A DNA stretch of 59,324 nt, counting the filler. It is 5 parts of 5 records of this genome, joined end to end, with 100 filler letters (N's around TTAATTAATTAA, not from the genome) between each part and the next. Parts side by side here need not be neighbours in the genome. Positions count along the whole stretch, not along the records: positions 22,187 to 32,246 come from DRR723986_1884; positions 32,347 to 42,519 come from DRR723986_2273; 3 more parts are not named here. The stretch is one strand, 5' to 3'. This document shows positions 28,897 through 37,995 of this stretch, in pieces. The first letter of the stretch is position 1. Every line of letters starts with the position of its first letter. The translations under genes and the position numbers were made by a program. Below the pieces are notes generated by a model. It ran no database searches and was not told where the DNA came from. It worked only from the letters and a program-made list of their open reading frames with translations.

Positions 28897-29988
28897 TTAT
28901 CGTAGGGCGCGTGTCCAGCGGTGCATGACATCCTTGCCCATCTGACGGGTTTCAACCAGATCAAAGCGCGGTGCCTCGGCCAGCCGGTTCAGACCAAGCG
29001 CCCCGATACCGGCCAGACCCTCGGCGCCAATTGCCATCCCAGCTGTAAACCCGATCAGCTCATCCACCAGATCATTGGCCAACAGGGATGCGGCGAGTGA
29101 TCCGCCGCCCTCACAAAAAACGCGTGTCAGCCCAGCTGCTCCCAACTGCTGTACCATATCCACAGTATCAACCTGGATGCCCTGCATCGCACAGGGAACC
29201 AACTTGGCCCCTAATCCATCCCATGCACGCGCGCGTTCGGCGTCAACACCGGTGCCATGACACAACCAGACAGGCACATCCTTAGCGGTGCGGGCCAATT
29301 GCCCCATGAACGGCAGATCCAGATGGCGCGACACGACCACCCGCACAGGCTGCTGTGATACGCCCATATCCCGCACCGTCAACGATGGATCATCGGACCG
29401 GGCCGTCCCGGCCCCGACCATGACCGCGTCGTGACGCGCACGCATCGCATGCACCGCACGCCGTGCCTCTGGGCCGGTGATCCACTGGCTTTCGCCTGTC
29501 GCCGTTGCAATGCGCCCATCAAAACTGTTCGCCAGTTTGAGCGTCACCAAGGGACGCCCCTGTTCCGTCTTTAAGAAAAACCCGGCATGATCCCGCGCGG
29601 CTTGGGCGCTCAAAACGCCCGTCGTGACCTCAATCCCGTGCATTTTCAGCTTTTGGAACCCCTGCCCAGCGACCCGAGGATCACTGTCTTCAATGGCGCA
29701 CACCACCCGCGCGATCCCCGCCGCAACCAAGGCATCCGCACAGGGCGGCGTTTTGCCGTGGTGGGAACAGGGTTCCAACGTCACATAAGCGGTAGCCCCA
29801 CGCGCCGCCTCACCCGCTTGGGCCAAAGCAACAGGTTCCGCATGCGGACGCCCGCCGGGCTGTGTCCAGCCCCGCCCAATAATCCGACCATCCCGAACAA
29901 TAACGCATCCGACAGCCGGATTTGGCCAACAAGATCCCTGACCGCGCCGCCCCAAAGACAGGGCCAGCGCCATATATCGTTCATCCAC
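28897..29988 (-). CDS. ribD: bifunctional riboflavin deaminase/reductase
   Basis: NPAVGC, HAE, TLEPCSHHGKTPPC, SQWIT, EGGG. Confidence 0.96.
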   Translation of the reverse strand: MDERYMALALSLGRRGQGSCWPNPAVGCVIVRDGRIIGRGWTQPGGRPHAEPVALAQAGEAARGATAYVTLEPCSHHGKTPPCADALVAAGIARVVCAIEDSDPRVAGQGFQKLKMHGIEVTTGVLSAQAARDHAGFFLKTEQGRPLVTLKLANSFDGRIATATGESQWITGPEARRAVHAMRARHDAVMVGAGTARSDDPSLTVRDMGVSQQPVRVVVSRHLDLPFMGQLARTAKDVPVWLCHGTGVDAERARAWDGLGAKLVPCAMQGIQVDTVDMVQQLGAAGLTRVFCEGGGSLAASLLANDLVDELIGFTAGMAIGAEGLAGIGALGLNRLAEAPRFDLVETRQMGKDVMHRWTRALR

Positions 29989-29994
29989 CTGAGC

Positions 29995-30465
29995 TTACTC
30001 TTCGCCTGGAGACACGGGGGGGCGCAGTTCGTGGACAAAATCCTCGAAATCATCTGCTGCCTGGAAGTTCTTGTAAACGCTAGCAAACCGCACATAGGCA
30101 ACCGTATCGATCCGGGCCAAAGCCTCCATCACGATCTCACCGATCTGTTTTGAATCGATATCGGTCTCACCCATGCTTTCCAGCCGTCGCACAATGCCAG
30201 AAATCATCTGATCAATCCGTTCTGGATCAATCGGGCGTTTCTGCATGGAGATCCTGATCGAGCGTTCCAACTTGTCACGATCGAAATCTTCGCGCTTGCC
30301 GTTGGACTTGATCACAACCAAATCGCGCAGCTGGACCCGTTCATAGGTGGTGAACCGCCCGCCACAGGCCGGGCAAAACCGCCGCCGCCGAATAGATACG
30401 TGGTCCTCAGCCGGACGTGAATCTTTGACCTGAGTATCGATATTTCCGCAAAACGGGCAGCGCAT
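29995..30465 (-). CDS. nrdR: transcriptional repressor NrdR
   Basis: MRCPFCG...[22 protein letters not shown] cone, AYVRFASVY. Confidence 0.97.
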   Translation of the reverse strand: MRCPFCGNIDTQVKDSRPAEDHVSIRRRRFCPACGGRFTTYERVQLRDLVVIKSNGKREDFDRDKLERSIRISMQKRPIDPERIDQMISGIVRRLESMGETDIDSKQIGEIVMEALARIDTVAYVRFASVYKNFQAADDFEDFVHELRPPVSPGEE

Positions 30466-30518
30466 GCGCAATCCCCCTCAATCATTTCCGCCTTGAAATT
30501 GTGAACACTGCGGCCCAC

Positions 30519-30527
30519 TTATCCACA
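30519..30527 (+). promoter_or_regulatory. perfect DnaA box upstream of nrdR
   Basis: TTATCCACA 54 bp before the nrdR ATG. Confidence 0.5.
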
Positions 30528-30590
30528 ACTATAGGCCACCCTCTAGAGTTTGGGTAGAGGGGAAATTTAACCCCTACATCCTGCGTATCC

Positions 30591-31004
30591 TCAAGCGAAA
30601 TGTGCCGCGATTGTACGCACATGAGGGGCATTGCGGTGCTCGAACAGGTAAATCCCCTGCCATGTCCCTAAGACCGGGCGACCGTTTTGCACCGGGATCG
30701 ACAGGCTGACAGGCATCAGAACCGCCTTAATATGGGCCGGCATATCATCCGGCCCCTCATAGGTATGGCGCAGATAGGTCATAGACGGATGGTTTGAGGG
30801 GGGCACCAGACGATCAAAGAACGCCGCCAGATCGGTTTGCACCTCGGGGTCGGCGTTTTCCTGAATCGCCAAGGAACACGACGTATGGCGCACGAACAGA
30901 GTCAGCAGGCCGTCCCCACCAACCGTGTTGACCCACTGGCACACTTCTTGTGTGAATTCATACAGACCGGCGCCATGACTTTGGATTTGAAACTGATGTT
31001 GCAT
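30591..31004 (-). CDS. yjbQ: YjbQ/UPF0047 family protein
   Basis: HTSCSLAIQENADP, EGPDDMPAHIK, LGTWQGIYLFEHR. Confidence 0.92.
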   Translation of the reverse strand: MQHQFQIQSHGAGLYEFTQEVCQWVNTVGGDGLLTLFVRHTSCSLAIQENADPEVQTDLAAFFDRLVPPSNHPSMTYLRHTYEGPDDMPAHIKAVLMPVSLSIPVQNGRPVLGTWQGIYLFEHRNAPHVRTIAAHFA

Positions 31005-31063
31005 GCCCTTTGATGCACCGCCCAAGACCACGGTGCAAGGTTGAGCAAAACCAAAATGAGCCC

Positions 31064-31483
31064 TCAATCAATCCATTGTTCAAAGGGATCAAACCGGCTC
31101 CCGGAACAATACTGACGGGCAAAAGACGCGCTCAGACTATCGCCTGCTTGCTTTACCGACAGACCATATCCCTGCGCAACAGCACCCCCCGACGGCGGGT
31201 TGAGCGCAAATTGCACCGCTGCGCGCTCGGGCCGGGTAACGCTGGGGCCAAGTCCGCGCCAGACATATATCTTTTGCGTCGCCCCCAGATTTAACTGCAT
31301 GCGCCCGAAATCCCCGATACCGCACCAGAAATCCACCGCACCAGAACCGGGTTCGCTGACCACTTCATAAACCCCGGGCGAGATCTGATAGACATCATGC
31401 TGATTGATCGCCCGCCAGGCAGAGGCACTAGTGGGCAACGCCCCCAATAGGGCCAAAGCCTGAACACATCTCTTGAGCGTCAT
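31064..31483 (-). CDS. secreted hypothetical protein (paralog 2)
   Basis: Signal peptide; shares FWC and GDSxS...YC motifs with 31510-31914. Confidence 0.75.
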   Translation of the reverse strand: MTLKRCVQALALLGALPTSASAWRAINQHDVYQISPGVYEVVSEPGSGAVDFWCGIGDFGRMQLNLGATQKIYVWRGLGPSVTRPERAAVQFALNPPSGGAVAQGYGLSVKQAGDSLSASFARQYCSGSRFDPFEQWID

Positions 31484-31509
31484 CGGTGGTCTCCCTTTTA
31501 CGCGAATGC

Positions 31510-31914
31510 TCAGAACGTAATTGGAACAGGTTCGCAATATCCCTCAGCTTGCTGAATGCTCATGCTGTCGCCAACGGGCAAACCACTTTTGAAGCCCCCC
31601 GTGGGCAAGGGTGTAATCCCTGCCGCATCTGGATTTAACGTGAACTGCAACGCTGTCCGGCGCTGGGTGGTGACGCTTTGGCCGCGCTCTCGGGCGATAT
31701 ACACACGATCAGTCCAACCCGCGCCCAAAGCCCGACGTGCAAACTCGCCCGCTGCGCACCAAAAGTCCCCATTTCGCACGCGTCCGCGGGGAATGACTTC
31801 AAACAATACGTTGTCCACTTGGTTCACGCGCGCCCCATTGAACGCAGTAAAGGCATTAGCCTGTGTCGCGAAACCCGCGACGGCTAGCACACCAAACATC
31901 AGAAATTGTTTCAT
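31510..31914 (-). CDS. secreted hypothetical protein (paralog 1)
   Basis: Signal peptide ending ANA; shares motifs with the neighbour. Confidence 0.75.
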   Translation of the reverse strand: MKQFLMFGVLAVAGFATQANAFTAFNGARVNQVDNVLFEVIPRGRVRNGDFWCAAGEFARRALGAGWTDRVYIARERGQSVTTQRRTALQFTLNPDAAGITPLPTGGFKSGLPVGDSMSIQQAEGYCEPVPITF

Positions 31915-32044
31915 AAAGGCGTCACTTTCATATCTCTCTGAATCTATACTTAGTACGCAGACCCCCTGCCGCACAGGGGAATTCACAAGGAATTCAAACA
32001 AGCGGAGCAGCTGCGCGGCACTCCGCCGGCTTCCAAGCGCCATG

Positions 32045-32073
32045 AAAAAGGGGCCCCCGAAACGGGAGCCCCT
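32045..32073 (-). terminator. terminator after rpoD
   Basis: GC-rich hairpin with TTCG loop followed by T-run on the minus strand. Confidence 0.7.
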
Positions 32074-32095
32074 CAAATCTGTTTGTCAGTAAGCT

Positions 32096-32246
32096 TTACT
32101 GATCCAAGAACGACCGCAGCTTACGTGACCGGCTGGGGTGCTTCAGCTTGCGAAGCGCTTTCGCCTCGATCTGACGGATCCGTTCGCGTGTCACGCTGAA
32201 CTGTTGGCCGACCTCTTCCAGCGTGTGGTCGGTGTTCATGCCGATG
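32096..32246 (-). CDS. rpoD: RNA polymerase sigma70, C-terminal fragment
   Basis: Manual translation [47 protein letters not shown]. Confidence 0.95.
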
Positions 32247-32346
32247 NNNNNNNNNNNNNNNNNNNNNNNNNNNNNNNNNNNNNNNNNNNNTTAATTAATT
32301 AANNNNNNNNNNNNNNNNNNNNNNNNNNNNNNNNNNNNNNNNNNNN
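32247..32346. other. artificial contig spacer
   Basis: N44-TTAATTAATTAA-N44. Confidence 0.98.
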
Positions 32347-32347
32347 C

Positions 32348-32542
32348 ACCGAGATCACCGGGATGGAAGGCGACGTGATCTCAATGCAGGAAATCTTCCG
32401 CTACGAACGCCTCGGCCTGAAGCCCGATGGCACGATCATCGGCCGCTTCACCGCCTGTGGGGTGCGGTCGCACTATTCCGAACGTTTCCGCCAGTGGGGC
32501 TATGACCTGCCGGCTTCGATCTATGAACCCGCGGGGGACTGA
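32348..32542 (+). CDS. cpaF: Tad secretion ATPase, C-terminal fragment
   Basis: Manual translation TEITGMEGDVISMQEIFRY...GRFTACGVRS; precedes tadB. Confidence 0.85.
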   Translation, partial: TEITGMEGDVISMQEIFRYERLGLKPDGTIIGRFTACGVRSHYSERFRQWGYDLPASIYEPAGD

Positions 32543-32547
32543 CAGCC

Positions 32548-33516
32548 ATGGACCTGAGTATCGAACCGCTCATCTATATCGGCATCTTTGTCGGTATCCT
32601 GATGCTGGTCGAAGGCATCTATCTGATGGTCTTCGGCAAGTCGATCAGCCTGAATTCCCGCGTGAACCGCCGGCTGGACCTGATGAACAAAGGGACCAAC
32701 CGCGAAGACGTACTGGCCAAGCTGCGCAAAGAGCTGGACCAGCACACCGGGTCGCGCACCATCCCGCTCTATTCGTTGATCGCCAGCAAGGCGCAGAAGG
32801 CCAGCATTGCCTTTACGCCGCAGCAACTGATCCTGGTGATGATCGCACTTGGCATAGCGGCGTTTGTCATGCTGACCCTGATGACCGGGGCATCGCTGCC
32901 CATTCGCGTGCTGGTCGCCATCGTGATGGGCATCGGCGGGGTGTTCATGTGGGTCAACTCCAAGGCCAAGAAACGCCTGGCGATGATCGAGGAACAACTG
33001 CCCGATGCCGTTGACCTGATGGTCCGGTCCCTGCGCGTCGGTCACCCTTTCGTGTCGGCCATCAATACCGTTGCCAAAGAGGTCGCCGATCCCCTTGGAT
33101 CCGAACTGGGGATCATCGCCGACGAGGCAGCCTATGGCCGCGATGTCAGCGAATCCATTGCCGCAATGGCCGAACGCCTGGATCTTCAGGATCTGCGTTT
33201 TCTGGCCGTTGCCGTGGGCATTCAGCAGAAGTCGGGTGGCAACCTTGCCGAGATCCTGAACGGTCTGTCCAAGGTGATCCGCGCCCGCTTCAAGCTGTTC
33301 CGTCGCGTGAAAGCCATTACCGCCGAGGCCAAGTGGTCAGGCATGTTCCTGTCCGCCTTCCCGCTTCTGGCGCTGATCGGCATCAACGTGATGCAGCCCG
33401 ATTACTACAGCGACGTCATGGAAACCCCCGCCTTCATTCCGGCCTGCGCGGTGGTGGCGGTGATGCTGGCGGCGAACTTCTTTTTCATGCGCCTGATGGT
33501 CAATATCAAGGTCTGA
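32548..33516 (+). CDS. tadB: Tad pilus inner-membrane protein TadB
   Basis: QLPDAVDLMVRSLRVGHP, QQKSGGNLAEIL, VKAITAEAK. Confidence 0.9.
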   Translation: MDLSIEPLIYIGIFVGILMLVEGIYLMVFGKSISLNSRVNRRLDLMNKGTNREDVLAKLRKELDQHTGSRTIPLYSLIASKAQKASIAFTPQQLILVMIALGIAAFVMLTLMTGASLPIRVLVAIVMGIGGVFMWVNSKAKKRLAMIEEQLPDAVDLMVRSLRVGHPFVSAINTVAKEVADPLGSELGIIADEAAYGRDVSESIAAMAERLDLQDLRFLAVAVGIQQKSGGNLAEILNGLSKVIRARFKLFRRVKAITAEAKWSGMFLSAFPLLALIGINVMQPDYYSDVMETPAFIPACAVVAVMLAANFFFMRLMVNIKV

Positions 33517-33527
33517 GGAACGGATAA

Positions 33528-34493
33528 ATGAACCAGATCAACGACCTAATTGTCGCCTTCCTTGGTCCGCTCGGCCCGCTTTTCGTGGTTGGGTTTCTGG
33601 GGGTCATCCTTGTGACCGTCGGCCTTTCGGCCATCTTGTTCCGCAAGAAAGACCCGCTGACCAAGCTGCGTGACATGAACCGCGACGGCGCGTCGCCCGA
33701 GGTTCAGAAAGCGCTGCGAGTCGGTGGCAAGAACGAGCGGCTGGACAAGTTCGCGCAGTTCCTCGAACCGCAGAACCAGGAAGAATTCAGCCAGATCCAG
33801 CTGACCCTTATGCGGGCTGGCTATCGGTCCAAGGGCGCGGTCCAGACCTTCCATTTCGCGCAGTTCGCGCTTGGCATGGGTTTTCTGGCGCTTGGCGTGA
33901 TCTACACGCTGATCGTCCCCGACATGGGCACCCAGAAAAGCATCCTCAGCGTGTTGATCCCCGGTGCCGTGGGGTATTACCTGCCCAAATACTGGGTCAC
34001 CAAGCGCGTGCAGAAGCGTGAGGAAGAGATCACCCAGGGCTTCCCGGACTCGCTGGATCTGATGCTGGTTTGCGTCGAGGCGGGACAGTCGCTGGATCAG
34101 GCCATTATCCGCGTCGCCAAGGAAATCCGTGCCTCGTTTGAATCGCTTGCCGACGAATTCGAAATCGTCGCCTACGAAATCAAGGCCGGCAAGGACAAGC
34201 TGAAGGTGTTCCGCGACTTTGGCGAGCGCTGCGGCGTGCAGGACGTGAACAGCTTCGTCACCGTGCTGATCCAATCGGCCACGTTCGGCACCTCGATCGC
34301 CGATGCGCTGCGGGTCTATGCCGAAGAAATGCGTGACAAACGTGTGATGCGCGCAGAAGAAAAAGCCAACAAGCTGCCGACGAAACTGACACTCGGCACG
34401 ATGATGTTCTGTTTGCCGCCCCTGCTGATCATCCTGATCGGCCCGTCGGTCTACGGCATCGCGCAAAATCTTCAGGGCGGAGGAGGCTTCTGA
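33528..34493 (+). CDS. tadC: Tad pilus inner-membrane protein TadC
   Basis: FPDSLDLMLVCVEAGQSLDQA, FGTSIADALRVYAEEMR, AEEKANKLPTKL. Confidence 0.9.
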   Translation: MNQINDLIVAFLGPLGPLFVVGFLGVILVTVGLSAILFRKKDPLTKLRDMNRDGASPEVQKALRVGGKNERLDKFAQFLEPQNQEEFSQIQLTLMRAGYRSKGAVQTFHFAQFALGMGFLALGVIYTLIVPDMGTQKSILSVLIPGAVGYYLPKYWVTKRVQKREEEITQGFPDSLDLMLVCVEAGQSLDQAIIRVAKEIRASFESLADEFEIVAYEIKAGKDKLKVFRDFGERCGVQDVNSFVTVLIQSATFGTSIADALRVYAEEMRDKRVMRAEEKANKLPTKLTLGTMMFCLPPLLIILIGPSVYGIAQNLQGGGGF

Positions 34494-34498
34494 CGGAT

Positions 34499-35071
34499 AT
34501 GAGGTGGGGCAAGACATTACTGGCAATCACGACTGTTCTCGGTCTGGCCGCGTGCGATACCTCGCCGCGGCTTCAGCCATTGAACGAAGGGCTCGACGCA
34601 CCCGGGGATGTCAGCGTGCTGCGCGACGGGGTTGATCCGCTGATCGTCGGCCACCGGCTGATGGAGGCGGGCGAATACGACCTCGCGCTGCGGGCCTATC
34701 TGCGCGCGGCAGGTGATCGGGGCATGACGGCGGAAACGCTGTCCTCGCTCGGATCGGCCAACTTGCAGCTCGGGCGGCTTGGGCAGGCCGAGGAATTGCT
34801 GCGCAGCGCAGTTGAGGAAGATCCCGAATTTGTTCCTGCCTGGAACAACCTTGGCGTGGTGCTGATGGAACAGGGCGAATACGGCGAAGCACGGCAGGTT
34901 TTCCGGCAGGCCTATGCGCTCGACAGTGGCGAAAGCGACTCGATTCGCGAAAACCTGCGCTTGGCTATCGCGCGAATGGAAAATCCGGGCTATAGTCAAG
35001 ACCATACAAATGAAAGCTTCGACTTGGAGCGTCGGGGTGGGGGACGGTATCTCCTGCTTTACGCGCCATGA
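34499..35071 (+). CDS. TPR lipoprotein (TadD-like)
   Basis: Lipobox LAAC; TPR AWNNLGVVL; tad context. Confidence 0.8.
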   Translation: MRWGKTLLAITTVLGLAACDTSPRLQPLNEGLDAPGDVSVLRDGVDPLIVGHRLMEAGEYDLALRAYLRAAGDRGMTAETLSSLGSANLQLGRLGQAEELLRSAVEEDPEFVPAWNNLGVVLMEQGEYGEARQVFRQAYALDSGESDSIRENLRLAIARMENPGYSQDHTNESFDLERRGGGRYLLLYAP

Positions 35072-35103
35072 ACGGGGCTAACTCGAGCAGCAAGAGGCAG
35101 CAA

Positions 35104-35949
35104 ATGCGCCCTATTATCCGGATCACGGCAGTGGTGTCTGTCGGGCTTGCCTTGGCGGCCTGCGACCAGACCCGGTCTGCCGATGTCGACCGTGCGCTGG
35201 ACGGCGTGAACGTCATCGACGAAACCAACCTCAACGACATCATGCTGACATCGGCTGACCCAGACGAGGCGGTGACCTATTTCCGCCGCGCCAGCCGGGA
35301 AAACCCCGACCGGATCGACCTGCGCCGGGGGCTTGCCACCAGCCTGATCCGCGCCGGTCACCACACCGAAGGCGTGACCGTCTGGCGGGCTGTCGTGAAC
35401 AGCGACGAAGCCACCGATCAGGACCGCGTGGACTACGCCGGTGCGCTTATCCGTACCAATGACTGGGACGAGGCCGAACGTCAGCTGGATGCCGTGCCCC
35501 CCACGTTCGAGACCTATGAACGCTACCGGCTGGAGGCGATGATCGCTGACAGCAACGAGGAATGGGACCGTGCCGACAGTTTCTATGAAACCGCCGTCGG
35601 CCTGACCATGCGGCCTGCGGGCGTATTGAACAACTGGGGCTTCTCCTACCTCACGCGCGGCGACTTCGACGCGGCGGAACGGATGTTCGTCGAGGCCATC
35701 AATTACGACCCCGACCTGTTCACCGCCAAGAACAACCTCGTGCTCGCCCGCGCTTCGCGCGGTCAGTACACCCTGCCGCTGGTCGAGATGACCCAGGTGG
35801 AACGGGCGCAATTGCTGCACACCATGGCCATCGCCGCCATCCGGCGCGGTGACGTGGATATCGGCCGCGGCCTGCTGGAAGACGCCATCGACACCCACCC
35901 GCAACATTTCGAGGCCGCCGTACGGGCGCTTCGCACGCTGCAAAGCTGA
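35104..35949 (+). CDS. TPR lipoprotein (TadD-like)
   Basis: Lipobox LAAC; TPR repeats (LNNWGFSY, AKNNL). Confidence 0.8.
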   Translation: MRPIIRITAVVSVGLALAACDQTRSADVDRALDGVNVIDETNLNDIMLTSADPDEAVTYFRRASRENPDRIDLRRGLATSLIRAGHHTEGVTVWRAVVNSDEATDQDRVDYAGALIRTNDWDEAERQLDAVPPTFETYERYRLEAMIADSNEEWDRADSFYETAVGLTMRPAGVLNNWGFSYLTRGDFDAAERMFVEAINYDPDLFTAKNNLVLARASRGQYTLPLVEMTQVERAQLLHTMAIAAIRRGDVDIGRGLLEDAIDTHPQHFEAAVRALRTLQS

Positions 35950-35959
35950 GGAGACAGGA

Positions 35960-36481
35960 ATGACCCTTGCCATAAGCCAAATGGAAGCCCTCTGGTTCCT
36001 GCCCTTCGTCCTGCCGATCTGCATCTGGGTCGCCTGGTCGGACCTGCGCGAAATGCGCATTCCCAATGTCAGCGTTCTGGCGCTGGCGGGGGTGTTCCTG
36101 GTTGTCGGTCTGGCACAGGTCTTCATGGAGGTCATGACCTTCAGCACCTGGTACATGCGGCTTGCCCAACTGGTGATCGTGCTGATCGCGGGCTTTATCA
36201 TCACCTCGATCGGGTTGGCGGGCGCGGGCGATTCCAAATTCGCCGCCGCCATGGCACCCTTCGTGGCGCCCGGGGATTACCTTTTGTTCCTGACGCTGTT
36301 CGCTGCCGTCCTGATCGGATCGTGGATCACCCACCGGGGTGTGGGCCGGGTGCCCGCCGTGCGCCGCGCAACACCGGATTGGGTGTCGTGGGACCGGGGC
36401 AAGCTGTTTCCCATGGGTGTCGCGCTGGCCGGGGCCCTGGTGGTCTACCTGGCGCTTGGTGCCATGGGCAGCGGGGCTTAA
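35960..36481 (+). CDS. cpaA: prepilin peptidase (A24 family, CpaA/TadV-like)
   Basis: SDLREMRIPN and GAGDSK aspartate motifs; FPMGVAL; multiple TM segments. Confidence 0.85.
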   Translation: MTLAISQMEALWFLPFVLPICIWVAWSDLREMRIPNVSVLALAGVFLVVGLAQVFMEVMTFSTWYMRLAQLVIVLIAGFIITSIGLAGAGDSKFAAAMAPFVAPGDYLLFLTLFAAVLIGSWITHRGVGRVPAVRRATPDWVSWDRGKLFPMGVALAGALVVYLALGAMGSGA

Positions 36482-36549
36482 CGGCCTCGCAATCAAGACG
36501 GGTTACAAGAACGATCCGGGGGCATTTTCTGGCGAAAGGGTAACGCCCG

Positions 36550-37866
36550 ATGAATATGCAAGCTGCCGACCTCAATGCCTTCGCGCCGCCAATGCTGCGC
36601 AAGCTGGAAGATACCGGCCTTCAGATGGTCATGATGCGGGATATCCTGCTGAAAACCATCTTCCGCAAGAACGTTGAACAGACCAGCGCCATCGCCGAGG
36701 CGGTCAGCCTGCCGATGCCGCTGACCCAGGCGCTGATAGACATGCTGCGCGATATGGGGCTGTTGCAGGCCATGGGCACGCTGCACGCCACATCCTCCTC
36801 CGAAATGGGCTATCAGTTGACCGATGCGGGCAAGGCGCGGGCCCTCGATGCCCTTTCCCAGTCGGAATATTACGGCGCCATGCCGATCCCGTTGGAGGCT
36901 TACAAGGAACAGTCAAAGCGTCAGTCGGTGCGAAACGTCAAGATCACGCGGCAGGCTTTGCAAGACAGTATGGGCCATCTGATCCTGCCCGAAGGTATGA
37001 TCGACCAGCTTGGCCCGGCTGTCAGTTCCGGCCGTTCCGTGCTGATGTATGGCCCGCCGGGCAACGGCAAATCCTCGATCGCCGAAGGCATCCGCGCCGC
37101 ACTTGGCGACACGATCTATGTGCCGCGTGCCATTGCCTATGCCGGGCAGGTCATCACCCTGTTTGATCCGATCGTGCACACACCCGTTGCCCAACCGGCG
37201 GCTGAAGGCAGCGGCCTGCGCCGCCAATCCAGCCGCTATGATACCCGCTATATCATGTGCAAACGGCCCACGGTGATGACAGGGGGCGAGCTTTCGCTGT
37301 CGATGCTCGACCTCAACTACAACAAGACCTCGCGCACCTATCAGGCGTCCTTGCAGCTGAAATCCACCGGCGGCGTGTTCATCGTCGACGACCTTGGCCG
37401 CCAGGAAGAGCCGCCGCAGTCCCTGATCAACCGCTGGATTGTTCCGATGGAAGCGGGCTACGACATTCTGACCCTGCAATCGGGCGAGAAATTCGAAGTG
37501 CCTTTCGACACGCTGGTGGTGTTCTCGACCAACTTCCACCCCAACGATCTTTTCGATGGTGCAGCGCTCCGGCGGATTTTCTTCAAGGTCAAGATCGACG
37601 GCCCGACCCAGTCGGAATTCCTCAAGATCTTCGCCATGGTCGCGAAGAAGAAAAAGGTGCCGCTGGACGAAGCATCGCTGCTGCACCTGCTGAAAAAGAA
37701 GTATCCGACGGTAGACAATATCTACGCAAACTACCACGCACCGTTCCTGCTGGACCAGATCATCGCGATCTGCGAATTCGAAGGCATCGCATATCAGATG
37801 AACCCCGGCCTGGTGGACCGTGCCTGGGAAAACCTGTTCGTCAAGCAGGAAGCCATTGCCCACTAG
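36550..37866 (+). CDS. AAA+ ATPase of unknown function
   Basis: YGPPGNGKS Walker A, FIVDDLGR Walker B, FSTN, AALRRI. Confidence 0.85.
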   Translation: MNMQAADLNAFAPPMLRKLEDTGLQMVMMRDILLKTIFRKNVEQTSAIAEAVSLPMPLTQALIDMLRDMGLLQAMGTLHATSSSEMGYQLTDAGKARALDALSQSEYYGAMPIPLEAYKEQSKRQSVRNVKITRQALQDSMGHLILPEGMIDQLGPAVSSGRSVLMYGPPGNGKSSIAEGIRAALGDTIYVPRAIAYAGQVITLFDPIVHTPVAQPAAEGSGLRRQSSRYDTRYIMCKRPTVMTGGELSLSMLDLNYNKTSRTYQASLQLKSTGGVFIVDDLGRQEEPPQSLINRWIVPMEAGYDILTLQSGEKFEVPFDTLVVFSTNFHPNDLFDGAALRRIFFKVKIDGPTQSEFLKIFAMVAKKKKVPLDEASLLHLLKKKYPTVDNIYANYHAPFLLDQIIAICEFEGIAYQMNPGLVDRAWENLFVKQEAIAH

Positions 37867-37995
37867 CGGTGCAAGGATTTTGCAAAATCCTTCCACGCGT
37901 TTTCAAAACGCGTCCCCGCGCCCCGGTCAGGGGGAGGCGCGCAGAAACAATGGGCGCACCTTCCCCGGCCTGCCGCTTTGCCCTATCTCTGGACC

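Noticed and set aside
30571-30586. Possible NrdR box upstream of nrdR
   Set aside because: Too many mismatches to the palindromic consensus to support by eye
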